Shown one piece after another: positions 18,715-29,437 of a stretch of 64,000 nucleotides of DNA; position 1 is the stretch's first letter; each line of letters starts with the position of its first letter. The DNA is from Kiritimatiellia bacterium (GTDB lineage: Bacteria; Verrucomicrobiota; Kiritimatiellia; RFP12; UBA1067): positions 5,357 through 69,356 of the forward strand of contig JBAYXX010000006.1 in the NCBI GenBank assembly GCA_041673345.1. The letters run 5' to 3'. Both the position numbers and the translations under genes were made by a program. The notes below the pieces were generated by a model. The model saw only the letters and a program-made list of their open reading frames with translations. It was not told the origin of the DNA and ran no database searches.

Positions 18715-20448
18715 CTAAGCCTTGATCGCCTCTTGCATACGCGCAATAAATTGGTCAACGCTCATCGCCCCTTCATCACCGCTTTCGCGGCTACGCACCG
18801 AGACCACGCCTTCATCCACATCCCGTTGACCGACAATCAGCATAAAAGGGATCTTAGCCAGTTGACCTTTGCGTATCTTGGCCCCAAGTTTCTCGTTATC
18901 CGCATCAACGGAAACGCGTATCTCAGCGTCCCGCAGCTTCAATTCAACTGCACGTGCGTAGTCGAGAAATTTTTCCGAGATAGGCAATATCCGTACCTGC
19001 TCCGGTGCCAGCCAGGGCGGGAAGGCACCAGCATAATGCTCAATCAGGATACCGAAGAAACGCTCCAAACTTCCTAGCAAGGCGCGATGCACCATATAAG
19101 GCTGATGCTCTTTGTTATCCTCACCGGTATAGGTCAGATCAAATCGCTCTGGCAGATTAAAGTCAAACTGCACTGTGCTGAGCTGCCAGGGGCGCCCCAG
19201 CGCATCTTTGATCTTTAAATCGATCTTGGGTCCATAAAAGGCGCCGCCCCCCTCATCCACCGTATATGGGATGGATTCAGCCTGCAATGCGGCCTCCAGT
19301 GAGCGGGTCGCCTGCTCCCAACGTTCCAGCGGCCCCACCGCCTTCTCGGGGCGGGTTGATAAATACGCTGTGACATCGTTGAATCCAAACCGCCCCAGAA
19401 TACGCAGGGCGAATTTTACTGTGCTGCGGACCTCGTCCTCAATCTGCTCTGGGGTGCAAAAAATATGCGCGTCATCCTGCGTGAAGCCCCGAACACGCAA
19501 CAAGCCATGACGCACACCCTCTTTCTCATAGCGGTAGACTGTTCCCAGCTCCGCCCAGCGCAGCGGCAGGTCACGGTAGGAGTAGCGTCGTGTCTTATAA
19601 ATTTGAATATGGAAGGGACAATTCATGGGGCGCACGTAATATTCATCAACCCTGCCATGCGTTTCCTCCCCCTCGGCCACTTTCATGCTGGGAAACATGC
19701 CCTCGCGGTAAAAGCCAAGATGCCCGGAGGTCTCCCAGAGCTGTGCCTTGCCTACGTGGGGGGTGAAAATCATCTCATAACCAGCGCGGAAGTGCTCTCT
19801 ACGCCAAAAGTCTTCAATCTGAATCCGGATGCGCGCGCCTTTCGGATGCCAGTGCGCCAGTCCTGGGCCGACCTCTTCGCTGATGCTGTAAAGCTCCAGC
19901 TCTTTGCCGAGCCGACGATGATCGCGCTTTTTGGCCTCTTCAATCTGCTGCAGCCGCTCTTTGAGAGCCTCAAAGGAGATATCGGCCATGCCGTAAAGGC
20001 GTTGAAGCATCGGATTATTTTCATCACCTCGGAAATAGGAGCCAGCGACCGAGATCAGCTTGACAGCACCGATATCTGAGCTTTTCGCCACATGCGGACC
20101 ACGGCACAGATCCACAAACTCTCCGCAGCGGTAGAGCGATATAACCTCATCTTCCGGAATGTCGCCTAGGCGCTCCAGTTTATAGGGTTGCTCTTTGAAG
20201 AGTTCACAGGCCTTATCGCGGGTCATCTCAAGCCGTTCAAAAGGCAGGGCAGCACTGATAAGCTTCCGTATCTCCTTTTCGATGCGTTTAAAATCGTCTG
20301 GCGAGAGCCTGTGATCTAGATCAAAATCATAGTAAAAACCATCCTCAGTTGAGGGGCCAATGTCCAATTTAACATTGTCAAAAAGCTTACAAACAGCTGC
20401 TGCCATCACATGCGCCGCGCTGTGGCGCATTATTTCCATTGAATACAC
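18715..20448 (-). CDS. thrS: Threonine--tRNA ligase (short form without the N-terminal TGS domain)
   Basis: Class II aaRS. RHSAAHVMA editing-domain motif at residue 8, FTQDDAHIF, QLSTVQFDFNLPERF. 577 aa; GTG start 5 nt after ggagg. Confidence 0.9.
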   Translation of the reverse strand: MYSMEIMRHSAAHVMAAAVCKLFDNVKLDIGPSTEDGFYYDFDLDHRLSPDDFKRIEKEIRKLISAALPFERLEMTRDKACELFKEQPYKLERLGDIPEDEVISLYRCGEFVDLCRGPHVAKSSDIGAVKLISVAGSYFRGDENNPMLQRLYGMADISFEALKERLQQIEEAKKRDHRRLGKELELYSISEEVGPGLAHWHPKGARIRIQIEDFWRREHFRAGYEMIFTPHVGKAQLWETSGHLGFYREGMFPSMKVAEGEETHGRVDEYYVRPMNCPFHIQIYKTRRYSYRDLPLRWAELGTVYRYEKEGVRHGLLRVRGFTQDDAHIFCTPEQIEDEVRSTVKFALRILGRFGFNDVTAYLSTRPEKAVGPLERWEQATRSLEAALQAESIPYTVDEGGGAFYGPKIDLKIKDALGRPWQLSTVQFDFNLPERFDLTYTGEDNKEHQPYMVHRALLGSLERFFGILIEHYAGAFPPWLAPEQVRILPISEKFLDYARAVELKLRDAEIRVSVDADNEKLGAKIRKGQLAKIPFMLIVGQRDVDEGVVSVRSRESGDEGAMSVDQFIARMQEAIKA

Positions 20449-21354
20449 TCAAGCCTCCAAAAAGGATAATCTAATAAAAACACTCGAAAATCACAGGTCG
20501 AGATGGTTATAGAGTACATGTATTAAGGCCTGATTGTCAAGGGGATTGAGCGGCAATCTTAAACTCTGTTGAATTGTAATATGAAATGCGACAACACATT
20601 GGAGAAAGGAAAAGCCACATGGAACAGCTGAATATTAGCACAAGCCAAAAAGTTGTTTCTCGAACGTTTATAGGCGTTTAGTGTAGTAGTCGCTCTATGA
20701 GAGATAAAAAAATTGGTTGCGGCTTTGCCGCGCTAGACCCTCTGTGGCTAATTTTTTTAACGCGTATACACGTTCCGAATAATAAATGAGGGTATGACAG
20801 ACGCTCTCTCCGACAAAGTTCAAGACAAAGTTCGTGCCAAAGCTGACCTATTGCCCGGGGTCGGGGTCGCTATCGGAATCGGTATCGAAAAACGCGTAAA
20901 AACGACCCCGATGCCGACTCCGACCCCGACTCCGAGTGGCATGGCAGCACCTATCCACGCCGCATTCTCAATTTTTCATCTGCCAGGGAAATATCCTAAG
21001 GAGAGATGGGGAGTTGTCAAGCACAATGAAGTTTGTCGCATTTAACGTTGCAATCCCACCAGCAGCCCTCGGATCCGGGGCCGAAATCGGAGTCAACATC
21101 GGGTAATGCCTACCACATTTTACCCATCAAGCTCCCGGCGCAGCATCGCCGTAACCACCTTTCAACACCGGGGAGTTCGCTGCGTTATTTTGAGGTAAAA
21201 ATCCTAGAGGCGAACCTCTTAAACTCATTCCCAAAAACGCATAGCGTTTGTTACTAAAGCAGCGGGCTCTCAACCATGCAACTCTTAATAAGGGCGCAGA
21301 ACTTTCGCACACTGCACAAACTCAATTTAGTTGTAACGGAACGCTGCTTTAGCG
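20449..21354. repeat. Mosaic intergenic repeat block R7
   Basis: gtgtagtagtcgctctatgag at 20684-20704. Inverted (tcgNNN)n arms at 20857-20888 and 20903-20935. tttgtcgcatttaacgttgcaatcc at 21033-21060. Module ccaaacgcatagcgtttgttactaaagcagcgggctc at 21228-21270. Confidence 0.8.
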
Positions 21355-22755
21355 TTAAACATTCTCAAAGCGGTCACCAGGTGCGGGCGCGTCGACGTTC
21401 TGAACTCCGTGTTGTCGTACCAACGTTTGCATGGCGGTCACTTTGTCGAGCTCGCCATGAATGGCGAACACATGCGAAAGGTTATCTTTGACACCGTCAA
21501 ACCAGTGCATCAAAGCGGTACGGTCAGCATGCGCTGAGAGGGCGTTAATCGTATGCACGCGCGCATTCAAGGAATACTCTTCACCGAAGATTTTGAGTGG
21601 GTTGACCCTGTTCACAATCCTGCGTCCCAGGGTATGCTCCGCCTGATACCCCACAATCAAAACAATGTTACGGGGATCGCCGACAGCATGTTTAAGATGA
21701 TGAACAACCCGCCCGCCTTCGCACATGCCAGAGGCGGAGATAATCACCAGCGGGCCCTTGACATCATTCAAAGCACGCGACTCATCAGCTGTTTTCAAAA
21801 ACCGAAGATCAGGGAATTTCATAGGATCCTGACCTTGCCGCAGGATATCAGAGGCTTCGTCATCGTAGCACTCACGATGCTTGGCGTAGATTTTAGTTGC
21901 ATTGAGCGACAAAGGACTGTCAACGTAAACAGGCGTGGGCGGCATACGTCCCTCGTCGTGAAGCCGATTAAAATAGTAGAGAATCTGCTGAGTGCGCCCC
22001 ACACTGAAAGCAGGTATGATCAACCGCGAATGCTGCTGGTGAATATCTTCAATAAACCCCTTTAAGCGCCCTTTTACATCCTCATGCGAGGGGTGATCCC
22101 TGTCAGCGTAAGTACTCTCAATCAAAAGGATATCCGCCCCTTGCGGCATGTCGTAATTTTTAAGGATCGGCTGATCCGGCTGCCCCAAATCACCAGTAAA
22201 TAAAAGGCGGCGACTCCTTGAACCGGACTCTTTGACATCCAGTTGGGTCAGTGCGGAACCAAGGATATGGCCCGCTGTATGAAACACAAAAGAGACACCC
22301 TCCCCAAGATCAACCTGCCGTTTGAGAGGCTCGGGTTGAAATTGCTTCATAATGCGAATCACATCCTGCTCTTCGTAGAGCGGCTCAAAAAGGTTTTTAC
22401 CCAATTGCGCCCGCTTTTTATTCACATACTCAAGATCACGGTTTTGGAGGTAGGCCGAGTCACGCAGCAGAATTTCACATAAATCGCGCGTAGCTGGCGT
22501 GCAGTAGACCTTGCCCTTAAACCCATTGCGAGCCAAGGTCGGCAGATTGCCGCAATGGTCAATATGCGCATGCGAAAGGATCACCGCGTCAATGGTGCGC
22601 GGGTCGATCGCCATATCCCTGTTTTTATGAAAAGCCTCTTTGCGGTGGCCTTGGTAGAGTCCACAGTCCAGCAGGATGCGCAACCCGTTGGCTTCAATCA
22701 GATGCATTGAACCAGTGGTGGTTTGCGCGGCTCCATGAAAATTGATATTGATCAT
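21355..22755 (-). CDS. MBL-fold beta-CASP ribonuclease (RNA-metabolising metallo-beta-lactamase)
   Basis: SHAHIDHCG (HxHxDH) motif and a beta-CASP plus RNA-specificity C-terminal region. Start set at ATG 22755 (MININFHGAAQTTTGS) with gaggaa SD. The 61 upstream codons in the track look non-coding. Confidence 0.85.
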   Translation of the reverse strand: MININFHGAAQTTTGSMHLIEANGLRILLDCGLYQGHRKEAFHKNRDMAIDPRTIDAVILSHAHIDHCGNLPTLARNGFKGKVYCTPATRDLCEILLRDSAYLQNRDLEYVNKKRAQLGKNLFEPLYEEQDVIRIMKQFQPEPLKRQVDLGEGVSFVFHTAGHILGSALTQLDVKESGSRSRRLLFTGDLGQPDQPILKNYDMPQGADILLIESTYADRDHPSHEDVKGRLKGFIEDIHQQHSRLIIPAFSVGRTQQILYYFNRLHDEGRMPPTPVYVDSPLSLNATKIYAKHRECYDDEASDILRQGQDPMKFPDLRFLKTADESRALNDVKGPLVIISASGMCEGGRVVHHLKHAVGDPRNIVLIVGYQAEHTLGRRIVNRVNPLKIFGEEYSLNARVHTINALSAHADRTALMHWFDGVKDNLSHVFAIHGELDKVTAMQTLVRQHGVQNVDAPAPGDRFENV

Positions 22756-22955
22756 ATAAATTCCTCTCTCTTTTTCACATATCACATCGAAACAATTTGG
22801 TTGCCTGTCTGTGCATAGTACGCAGCCAGGCAACAAAAAACTGTCGCAGGTTAAATGCTTATTCGTTATGGAGATTAATATTATCGCAAAAAAATTAATT
22901 AAAGAAGAGTAAAATTTTGAAGGCAGACAACTGCACAATATGATATATTTATCTT

Positions 22956-23894
22956 ATGTTTAAGAAACACATACTGCGAATGGCGGCAACATGCCTAGCA
23001 GCCTTGACAGCGTCGGCTGGAATTACAACCCGGAGCGAGAGCTACACGCCGCCACCGTTCTCTCGCTACGCGCCAATCCTGGAGCGAATGCCTTTTGGGG
23101 CGCTGCCGGAAAAATTCGGACAAACGCTTGATTCAAACGTGGACAAACAGGAGTTATTGATCAAAGCGGAGCAACAGAAACTGGCGAGCCGCGTCAACAT
23201 GTCGGCGGTTAATGTTACCCCGCAGGGAGCAACCGCAATTGGCTTCACCGATCTTTCAGTCAAGCCGCCAGTGAGCTATTACCTGCTGGTTGGCTCTGAA
23301 GCCGGAGGCTGGAAGGTGAATAGTGCCGATTACGAGGCAGAGACCGCTGAAATAGAGAAAGATGGCGTTAGCGTCTCGCTCCAGCTTAACAAAGGCATGG
23401 GTGAAACTCCGGGTGCCCCCGCTGCCCCTTCAAAAAACACACCTGCTAACCCAATACTGGCCGCTCAGAGGAGCCCTGTAACTCCCACACCGCAAGGTGT
23501 TGTAAAAACCACCTCCCCGCGCCCTCCAGCCGGCAGCGCAGCTCCATCCGTCTCAGCGGCAACGATCCGCGATAAACTGCGCGCTGCGCAGGCGGCGCAG
23601 GCGACGCAACAAGAAGCGAACAGCGGCAACGAGAGTGGTGCCCGTTCCTACATGGAGCGTCTGAGGGAGCGTAAAATTGAACAGGCTAAGGCGTTGGAAA
23701 TGGCGCAAAGCACTCAGCGTCAGCAGCTTGAGAAGCTGGCCCGCGAGGTGGCCAGCAAAGAGATTGAGAAGCAAGCGGCAATTGCCGAAGAGACCGCGCT
23801 GGAGCGGGAGCTGGTTCTGGAAGAAGAGCGCCTTCAAAAAGAGGAGGCGAATCGTCTTGAAAAGCAGGCGGAGAAAGAGACACCGGCACCTTGA
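22956..23894 (+). CDS. Secreted hypothetical protein with a Pro/Ala-rich linker and a charged coiled-coil C-terminus
   Basis: Signal-like N-terminus MAATCLAALTASAG. C-terminal EKQAAIAEETALERELVLEEERLQKEEANRLEKQAEKE. I recognise no family. Confidence 0.6.
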   Translation: MFKKHILRMAATCLAALTASAGITTRSESYTPPPFSRYAPILERMPFGALPEKFGQTLDSNVDKQELLIKAEQQKLASRVNMSAVNVTPQGATAIGFTDLSVKPPVSYYLLVGSEAGGWKVNSADYEAETAEIEKDGVSVSLQLNKGMGETPGAPAAPSKNTPANPILAAQRSPVTPTPQGVVKTTSPRPPAGSAAPSVSAATIRDKLRAAQAAQATQQEANSGNESGARSYMERLRERKIEQAKALEMAQSTQRQQLEKLAREVASKEIEKQAAIAEETALERELVLEEERLQKEEANRLEKQAEKETPAP

Positions 23895-24568
23895 ACGAAC
23901 TAATTTTCACCCGCACCGCTGATCTTGTCGGCACTGATGCCCTGCATAAATTCCAAAACCGCAGCGTGATTATTTTCGGAATCGGAGGTGTCGGAAGTTT
24001 CTGCGTGGAGGCCCTTGCCCGTGCTGGAATAGGCAGCCTGACTCTGGTCGACCGGGATCTGATTGAGGTAAGCAATATCAACCGTCAACTGACGGCTTTG
24101 CACAGCACTGTAGGCCGCCCAAAAGTGGATGTAATGGCCGAACGCATCAAGGACATCAACCCGCAAGCGCGCATAGAAAAACAACAGACCTTCTATCTGC
24201 CGGAAAACAGCACTCAATTTAATCTTGCGGATTACAGCTACGTAATCGATGCGGTTGACACAGTGGCCGCAAAAATCGGATTGGCTCTCCAGTGCCAAAA
24301 CCTGAAAGTGCCGCTGATCAGCTGCATGGGTGCGGGCAACAAGCTGGATCCACTCCAATTCCAGGTAGCAGATATATATGCAACCTCCATCTGCCCGCTC
24401 TGCAAAGTTATGCGCAAGGAGCTCAAACAACGCGGAGTCACAGCACTAAAAGTTGTCTACTCTCAGGAGGAGCCGGTAAAACGCAGTCGCACACCAGGCA
24501 GCATTTCCTTTGTACCGTCGGTTGCCGGATTAATTATGGCGGGCGAGGTGATTAAAGAGTTGCTTTAG
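23891..24568 (+). CDS. tcdA: tRNA threonylcarbamoyladenosine dehydratase (ThiF/E1-like)
   Basis: FGIGGVGSFCVEALARAGIGSLTLVDRDLIEVSNINRQ. TTG start overlaps the upstream stop. Confidence 0.8.
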   Translation: MNELIFTRTADLVGTDALHKFQNRSVIIFGIGGVGSFCVEALARAGIGSLTLVDRDLIEVSNINRQLTALHSTVGRPKVDVMAERIKDINPQARIEKQQTFYLPENSTQFNLADYSYVIDAVDTVAAKIGLALQCQNLKVPLISCMGAGNKLDPLQFQVADIYATSICPLCKVMRKELKQRGVTALKVVYSQEEPVKRSRTPGSISFVPSVAGLIMAGEVIKELL

Positions 24569-24673
24569 TCACTCTTCTTCGCGCATTTACGCAATGGACA
24601 AATTTTCCTATTTTGGTACTCTATTGATGTGCCCGGCATCAGCCGATGAAAAAAACACATAAAGGAATATTCC

Positions 24674-25705
24674 ATGCAACGAGCACTAATCACAGGCATC
24701 ACAGGTCAGGACGGATCTTACCTGACCGAACTTCTGCTGCAAAAAGGCTACGAAATCCACGGCATCATCCGCCGCTCATCCAGTTTTAACACCCAGCGGA
24801 TCGATCACCTCTATCAAGACCCCCATATTATGGGCACCCGCCTCTTTCTACACTACGGCGATCTCGCTGATGCCGGGCGACTGGCCAAGCTGATCTACGA
24901 GATTCAGCCCAATGAAGTCTATCACCTAGGCGCTCAGAGTCATGTGCGTGTCTCATTTGATATTCCTGAGTACACCGCTGACGTGGTAGCACTGGGCACC
25001 ATCCGGCTGCTGGAGGCGATCCGTGAAACCGGCATGAAACAGAAAATTCGCTTCTATCAGGCCTCCTCCTCCGAACTCTACGGCAAGGTAGCGGAAACCC
25101 CACAGCGCGAGTCAACCCCCTTCCATCCCCGCTCCCCTTACGCGGTGGCCAAACTTTACGCCTACTGGGCAACAGTCAACTACCGTGAAGCCTACAATAT
25201 GCACGCCAGCAACGGCATCCTGTTCAACCACGAGTCACCGCGCCGCGGCCCCACATTTGTAACCCGTAAAATCACCATGGCAGCTGCCCGCATCAAGGTG
25301 GGGCTGCAGAACGCGCTCTATCTCGGCAACTTGGATGCCCGGCGCGACTGGGGCTTTGCTGGCGACTACGTGGAGGCCATGTGGCGCATTGTACAGCAGG
25401 AACGTGCCGACGATTTTGTGATTGCCACTGGCGAGACACATAGCGTCCGCGAGTTCTGCGAGGAAGCTTTTGCCCTGCTGGACTTGGACTGGAAAGAGTA
25501 TGTCAAACATGACCCCCGCTACAACCGCCCCAGCGAGGTTGACTTGCTGCTGGGCGACCCCTCCAAGGCACGTGCAACGCTGGGATGGGAGCCCAAAGTC
25601 TCCTTCAAAGAGCTGACCCGTATGATGGTGGAAGCAGATATGAATCATGCCCGTCAAGAGCTGGCCGTGCAGCTTAACGGAGGCACCATTGAGAGTGCCG
25701 AGTGA
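24674..25705 (+). CDS. gmd: GDP-mannose 4,6-dehydratase
   Basis: [26 protein letters not shown] (YxxxK), 343 aa. Confidence 0.92.
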   Translation: MQRALITGITGQDGSYLTELLLQKGYEIHGIIRRSSSFNTQRIDHLYQDPHIMGTRLFLHYGDLADAGRLAKLIYEIQPNEVYHLGAQSHVRVSFDIPEYTADVVALGTIRLLEAIRETGMKQKIRFYQASSSELYGKVAETPQRESTPFHPRSPYAVAKLYAYWATVNYREAYNMHASNGILFNHESPRRGPTFVTRKITMAAARIKVGLQNALYLGNLDARRDWGFAGDYVEAMWRIVQQERADDFVIATGETHSVREFCEEAFALLDLDWKEYVKHDPRYNRPSEVDLLLGDPSKARATLGWEPKVSFKELTRMMVEADMNHARQELAVQLNGGTIESAE

Positions 25706-25784
25706 CATTGGAAGTGATGGGGCGGGCGACTCTTTCCCACAGTTCGGGGTCGCGAATGCGTGCAAAGTTCATGAAAGCATTACA

Positions 25785-26720
25785 GTGAAAATTACAGATA
25801 AAATTTATGTTGCCGGCCATCGCGGCATGGTAGGCTCAGCCCTGCTGCGGGCACTCAAACAGCGCGGGCTGCCAGAGCCCATCACAGCCACCCATAGGGA
25901 GGTTGATCTCATACAGCAAGCGGCCACCGCCCGCTTTCTCGCAACTCACCGGCCAGATGCCATTATCATCGCCGCAGCCCGCGTGGGAGGGATTGAGGCC
26001 AACCGCACAGCACGCGGTATGTTTCTCTACGAAAACCTGATGATTGCCACTAACATCATACATGCCGCGCAGCAGCTCAAGATCCCGCGCGTACTCTTCC
26101 TTGGAAGCACCTGCATCTATCCGCGTATGGCACCGCAGCCGATCCCTGAAAGCGCCCTGCTCACCTCCGAGCTGGAACCAACCAACGAGGGCTATGCCCT
26201 CGCCAAAATCGCGGGCTTGAAGCTCTGTCAGTATTACAGGGAAGAGTCTGGCCTCTGCTATCACTCAGCCATGCCGACCAACCTCTACGGACCGGGCGAC
26301 AACTACCATCCGCAAAACTCGCATGTCCTGCCTGCGCTGATCCGCAGATTTGAAGAGGCCCGCCTTGCGAACAGCCCCGCCGTCACCCTCTGGGGGAGTG
26401 GCACCCCGCTACGCGAGTTCCTGCATGTGGATGACCTGGCCCAGGCGTTGCTTTTCCTGCTCGCACTGGAAAATCCACCGGACGTGGTCAATGTCGGCTC
26501 CAGCGAGGAGTGCTCCATCCGCGAGCTGGCGATGATGATAAAAGAGGCCTCCGGCTGCCATGCCGAACTTAAATTTGACCCCTCCATGCCCGATGGCACA
26601 CCACGTAAACTCTGCGACACCACCTTGATTCGTCAACTCGGCTGGAAACCCCAGATATCATTACGCGATGGCATCGCCGCCACCATCAAGGATTACCGCG
26701 AAACAAAAGCGCGAGGTTAA
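25785..26720 (+). CDS. fcl: GDP-L-fucose synthase
   Basis: [13 protein letters not shown] and [11 protein letters not shown] 25785 gives 311 aa and removes the 59-nt overlap with gmd implied by the track ORF. Confidence 0.9.
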   Translation: MKITDKIYVAGHRGMVGSALLRALKQRGLPEPITATHREVDLIQQAATARFLATHRPDAIIIAAARVGGIEANRTARGMFLYENLMIATNIIHAAQQLKIPRVLFLGSTCIYPRMAPQPIPESALLTSELEPTNEGYALAKIAGLKLCQYYREESGLCYHSAMPTNLYGPGDNYHPQNSHVLPALIRRFEEARLANSPAVTLWGSGTPLREFLHVDDLAQALLFLLALENPPDVVNVGSSEECSIRELAMMIKEASGCHAELKFDPSMPDGTPRKLCDTTLIRQLGWKPQISLRDGIAATIKDYRETKARG

Positions 26721-26751
26721 AGGTTGAAATGGTTGAATCACTTGATTTGTT

Positions 26752-29226
26752 TTATGACCCGACTACCTCATACCAACCTTGGCCTTCACCGGTAAAGGTT
26801 GCCTTGTCGCAGCTGATGTCATCGCTTTTGACTGTGATCCCACTGCCGCAAATGACCATCGGCCGCGTTTTGAAAGGCAGTGAAAAAATCACTGTCTCCC
26901 CGGCTGAAGCAAAACCGTTCAATCTGCGCTCCATCCTCTTATTCGGCCGCGAATCATAGGTGTAAAGTCCAAGGATGACGACAGGGGCTTTGGTCGCTGT
27001 GAGTTTTACCGTGTGTAACCCGAACCCAAGATTGAGAATACCTTTTCTGTTTTCGATATAACAATTTTTTTTCGCTATATCGACAAAAGGCACATTTGCG
27101 GGCTGAAGAAGTTTTTCAGCGCCGTCGACAAAAATGCTTATCTCACCGCCTTGTAAGCGGTCGACATAGGCTACGGAAATATCTGTGCAGACAACATCGA
27201 CCTCAATATGTTCACCTGGGTTCAGTACGACTTGCCGATTACCATAGGGCGCGCCCCACTCAGATTTAAATTCGGTCACCGGTGCCGTGTTTTTCCATAG
27301 TTTATTGTCTACCTGAAAATAACGCCTGTCTGGACATATCTTTGAATCAACCGCAACCAGCACCGCGTCCTGTCCCTCGATTTCCAGGATATGCCGCTCG
27401 CCAAGGCTGCAATTACCGTGTCTGAAGGAGGAATTCCTGATATTTCTGCTCTGGATAGAGCTTTGCCTTGAAGGTTGTTTCTTCCCATCTACCACAAAGA
27501 ACGTGGCGGCTGCTTTCGTGTCAAATTTCGCCCAGCAGTTTAGCGCGGTGTCCTCAAAGATAAACCTTGCCCCTTGAACTCGTGGACTCTTCTCATCAAA
27601 GGTCAGCATCGCTCCTTCCCACCCGTAAGTGTTTTTGTGAGCGCGTTCCGGCAGCTGTAATTGGGCGATGCCCGGCATGATCGGATCCCAGCACTCAAAG
27701 GCTTTTTCTATTTGTTTGAACCACAGGTAATGGGCCGCTGCCTGAGGATGCCCGTCAGAGGGTATTAGCGCTAGCTTATTGCACCATCTGGTGACATCGT
27801 CCCCCACTTTACCATAGTCAAGATACGGTATCTGATAGCAAAGCGAAAGCGCCATCAGATCGCCGGGGTTAGGTGTGTATCCTCCATTATTTTGAAACTG
27901 GCAAAAAAGAAACTCAGTATTCGGATGATGCCGTTGTATCCAGCGGATCATGCCCTCAAAGACCGCCACTTCGTCGGGCGTATCCGTTTTTTCGTTTGCG
28001 CCGCTGCCGAAAATCACGAGGTCAGGGGCAGGCCCCTGAGGCCGCGTAAAAAGATCGGGGTAAAGCCCGTCCCACTGTGTCCCGGTTTTATGGCCGGTCA
28101 TTCCTTCAGAAGGCGGCAAAGACAGGGAAAAATATTCTTTCAATCCTGAATGCGCCTCACCCACGCAGGAGCCGTCACACGCCATGAACGTCAGGCATAT
28201 TTTGCTTGCGGGGAGATTGAACTTTGTCATGAGTTCTAATTTCAATCTGCCGCCGTAACTGAAAAAGTGATTCCACCAGCCGAAATGGCCATCAAGGTCG
28301 GGTCGGTTGATTTTGGAAGCATCAAACAAACGTTCAGAAAGCGGTTTTTTGAAATCCGGTGAGGCGGGGTCTTCATTATAAAGATACATCGGCGGATTGG
28401 CGCTTCCCCTGTCGATGCTTGACCCCATAATCATGATATGAAGGGTTTCGCCTTTCCAAAGTTTCTGAATCGTCCTCGGAATGTTTCGATAATAAGCGAC
28501 CATAGGACGGGCAGGCGGAAGGTTTTTAAGCGCTGAATCTGATTTCGAAAGGCAGGGCGCGTAGACCCAGACCGAACTGTCCTTTGACGTATTCTCGAAT
28601 TCGACGCACACGCCTGTTGTATTGACGCCCTTAGCCGGTGAATCCCCCCCGGCCATCATGCCGATAATCTCCGCGGCATTAATCTTCAGTTCGATCGTGC
28701 CTGTTTTGTCGGATGTTGTGTCGTAGGATTTTGCGACAACCAGTTCGCCTCGCGACTGTTTTTGAAAGGTCCTTTTATCGGAGTACCCAAAATCGCCAGG
28801 TGCCCAGGTGCCGTCCTCGCTGTCCAGTTTCAACAGCTTTATGGAAGCCTTGAGCGCCCCCGGGGCATCCTGATAGCCATCTGCGGAAAGACTTAACTTT
28901 TCGCCGTGGGCAAGGCTTGCTTCGGGAAGAGTGAAAAACTGTTTGAATTTCTTGCCTGGCGCTATCGACACCATGTTATGCACCGAGTTCAACGGCCTGA
29001 TTTTCGGATCGACATGAGACTCACGGGTTACGGTGATGTCCTGCCATGCATCCGTGTTCCAAAACGCTACATTATTAAACGTGTAGCTGTTTGCATTGCC
29101 GTCGCGGTGATTAACGAAAGCGTGAAACTCAAAATCAGAATTCTGTAAAAGATTCCCTCTTACGCCCCCCCAAGACAACCCCGTTAAAATCATTGCCGTG
29201 GAGAAAAATATTAAGCGATTAAACAT
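26752..29226 (-). CDS. Large secreted hypothetical protein, possibly with an SGNH/GDSL-like hydrolase core
   Basis: 824 aa. Signal peptide MFNRLIFFSTAMILTGLSWG. Weak SGNH-like blocks IMIMGSSIDRG, VIFGSGANEKTD and SDGHP. The assignment is tentative. Confidence 0.55.
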   Translation of the reverse strand: MFNRLIFFSTAMILTGLSWGGVRGNLLQNSDFEFHAFVNHRDGNANSYTFNNVAFWNTDAWQDITVTRESHVDPKIRPLNSVHNMVSIAPGKKFKQFFTLPEASLAHGEKLSLSADGYQDAPGALKASIKLLKLDSEDGTWAPGDFGYSDKRTFQKQSRGELVVAKSYDTTSDKTGTIELKINAAEIIGMMAGGDSPAKGVNTTGVCVEFENTSKDSSVWVYAPCLSKSDSALKNLPPARPMVAYYRNIPRTIQKLWKGETLHIMIMGSSIDRGSANPPMYLYNEDPASPDFKKPLSERLFDASKINRPDLDGHFGWWNHFFSYGGRLKLELMTKFNLPASKICLTFMACDGSCVGEAHSGLKEYFSLSLPPSEGMTGHKTGTQWDGLYPDLFTRPQGPAPDLVIFGSGANEKTDTPDEVAVFEGMIRWIQRHHPNTEFLFCQFQNNGGYTPNPGDLMALSLCYQIPYLDYGKVGDDVTRWCNKLALIPSDGHPQAAAHYLWFKQIEKAFECWDPIMPGIAQLQLPERAHKNTYGWEGAMLTFDEKSPRVQGARFIFEDTALNCWAKFDTKAAATFFVVDGKKQPSRQSSIQSRNIRNSSFRHGNCSLGERHILEIEGQDAVLVAVDSKICPDRRYFQVDNKLWKNTAPVTEFKSEWGAPYGNRQVVLNPGEHIEVDVVCTDISVAYVDRLQGGEISIFVDGAEKLLQPANVPFVDIAKKNCYIENRKGILNLGFGLHTVKLTATKAPVVILGLYTYDSRPNKRMERRLNGFASAGETVIFSLPFKTRPMVICGSGITVKSDDISCDKATFTGEGQGWYEVVGS

Positions 29227-29437
29227 GTGAAAACTCCTTACCTTTACCTTTTTTAACTGCCCATACAGGCACTCCGAACGAATCTCTTTCTCAAATAAAA
29301 TTTAAGCTTACTGCCTTTGCCGATCAGCGTCAATCATAATTACAGGCGTATTTCACTTACAATGTGTTGTCGCATTTTATATCACAATTCTGCATACTTA
29401 ATTGCGTTTGGTTCGTATTTACGCTAATATATGCACT

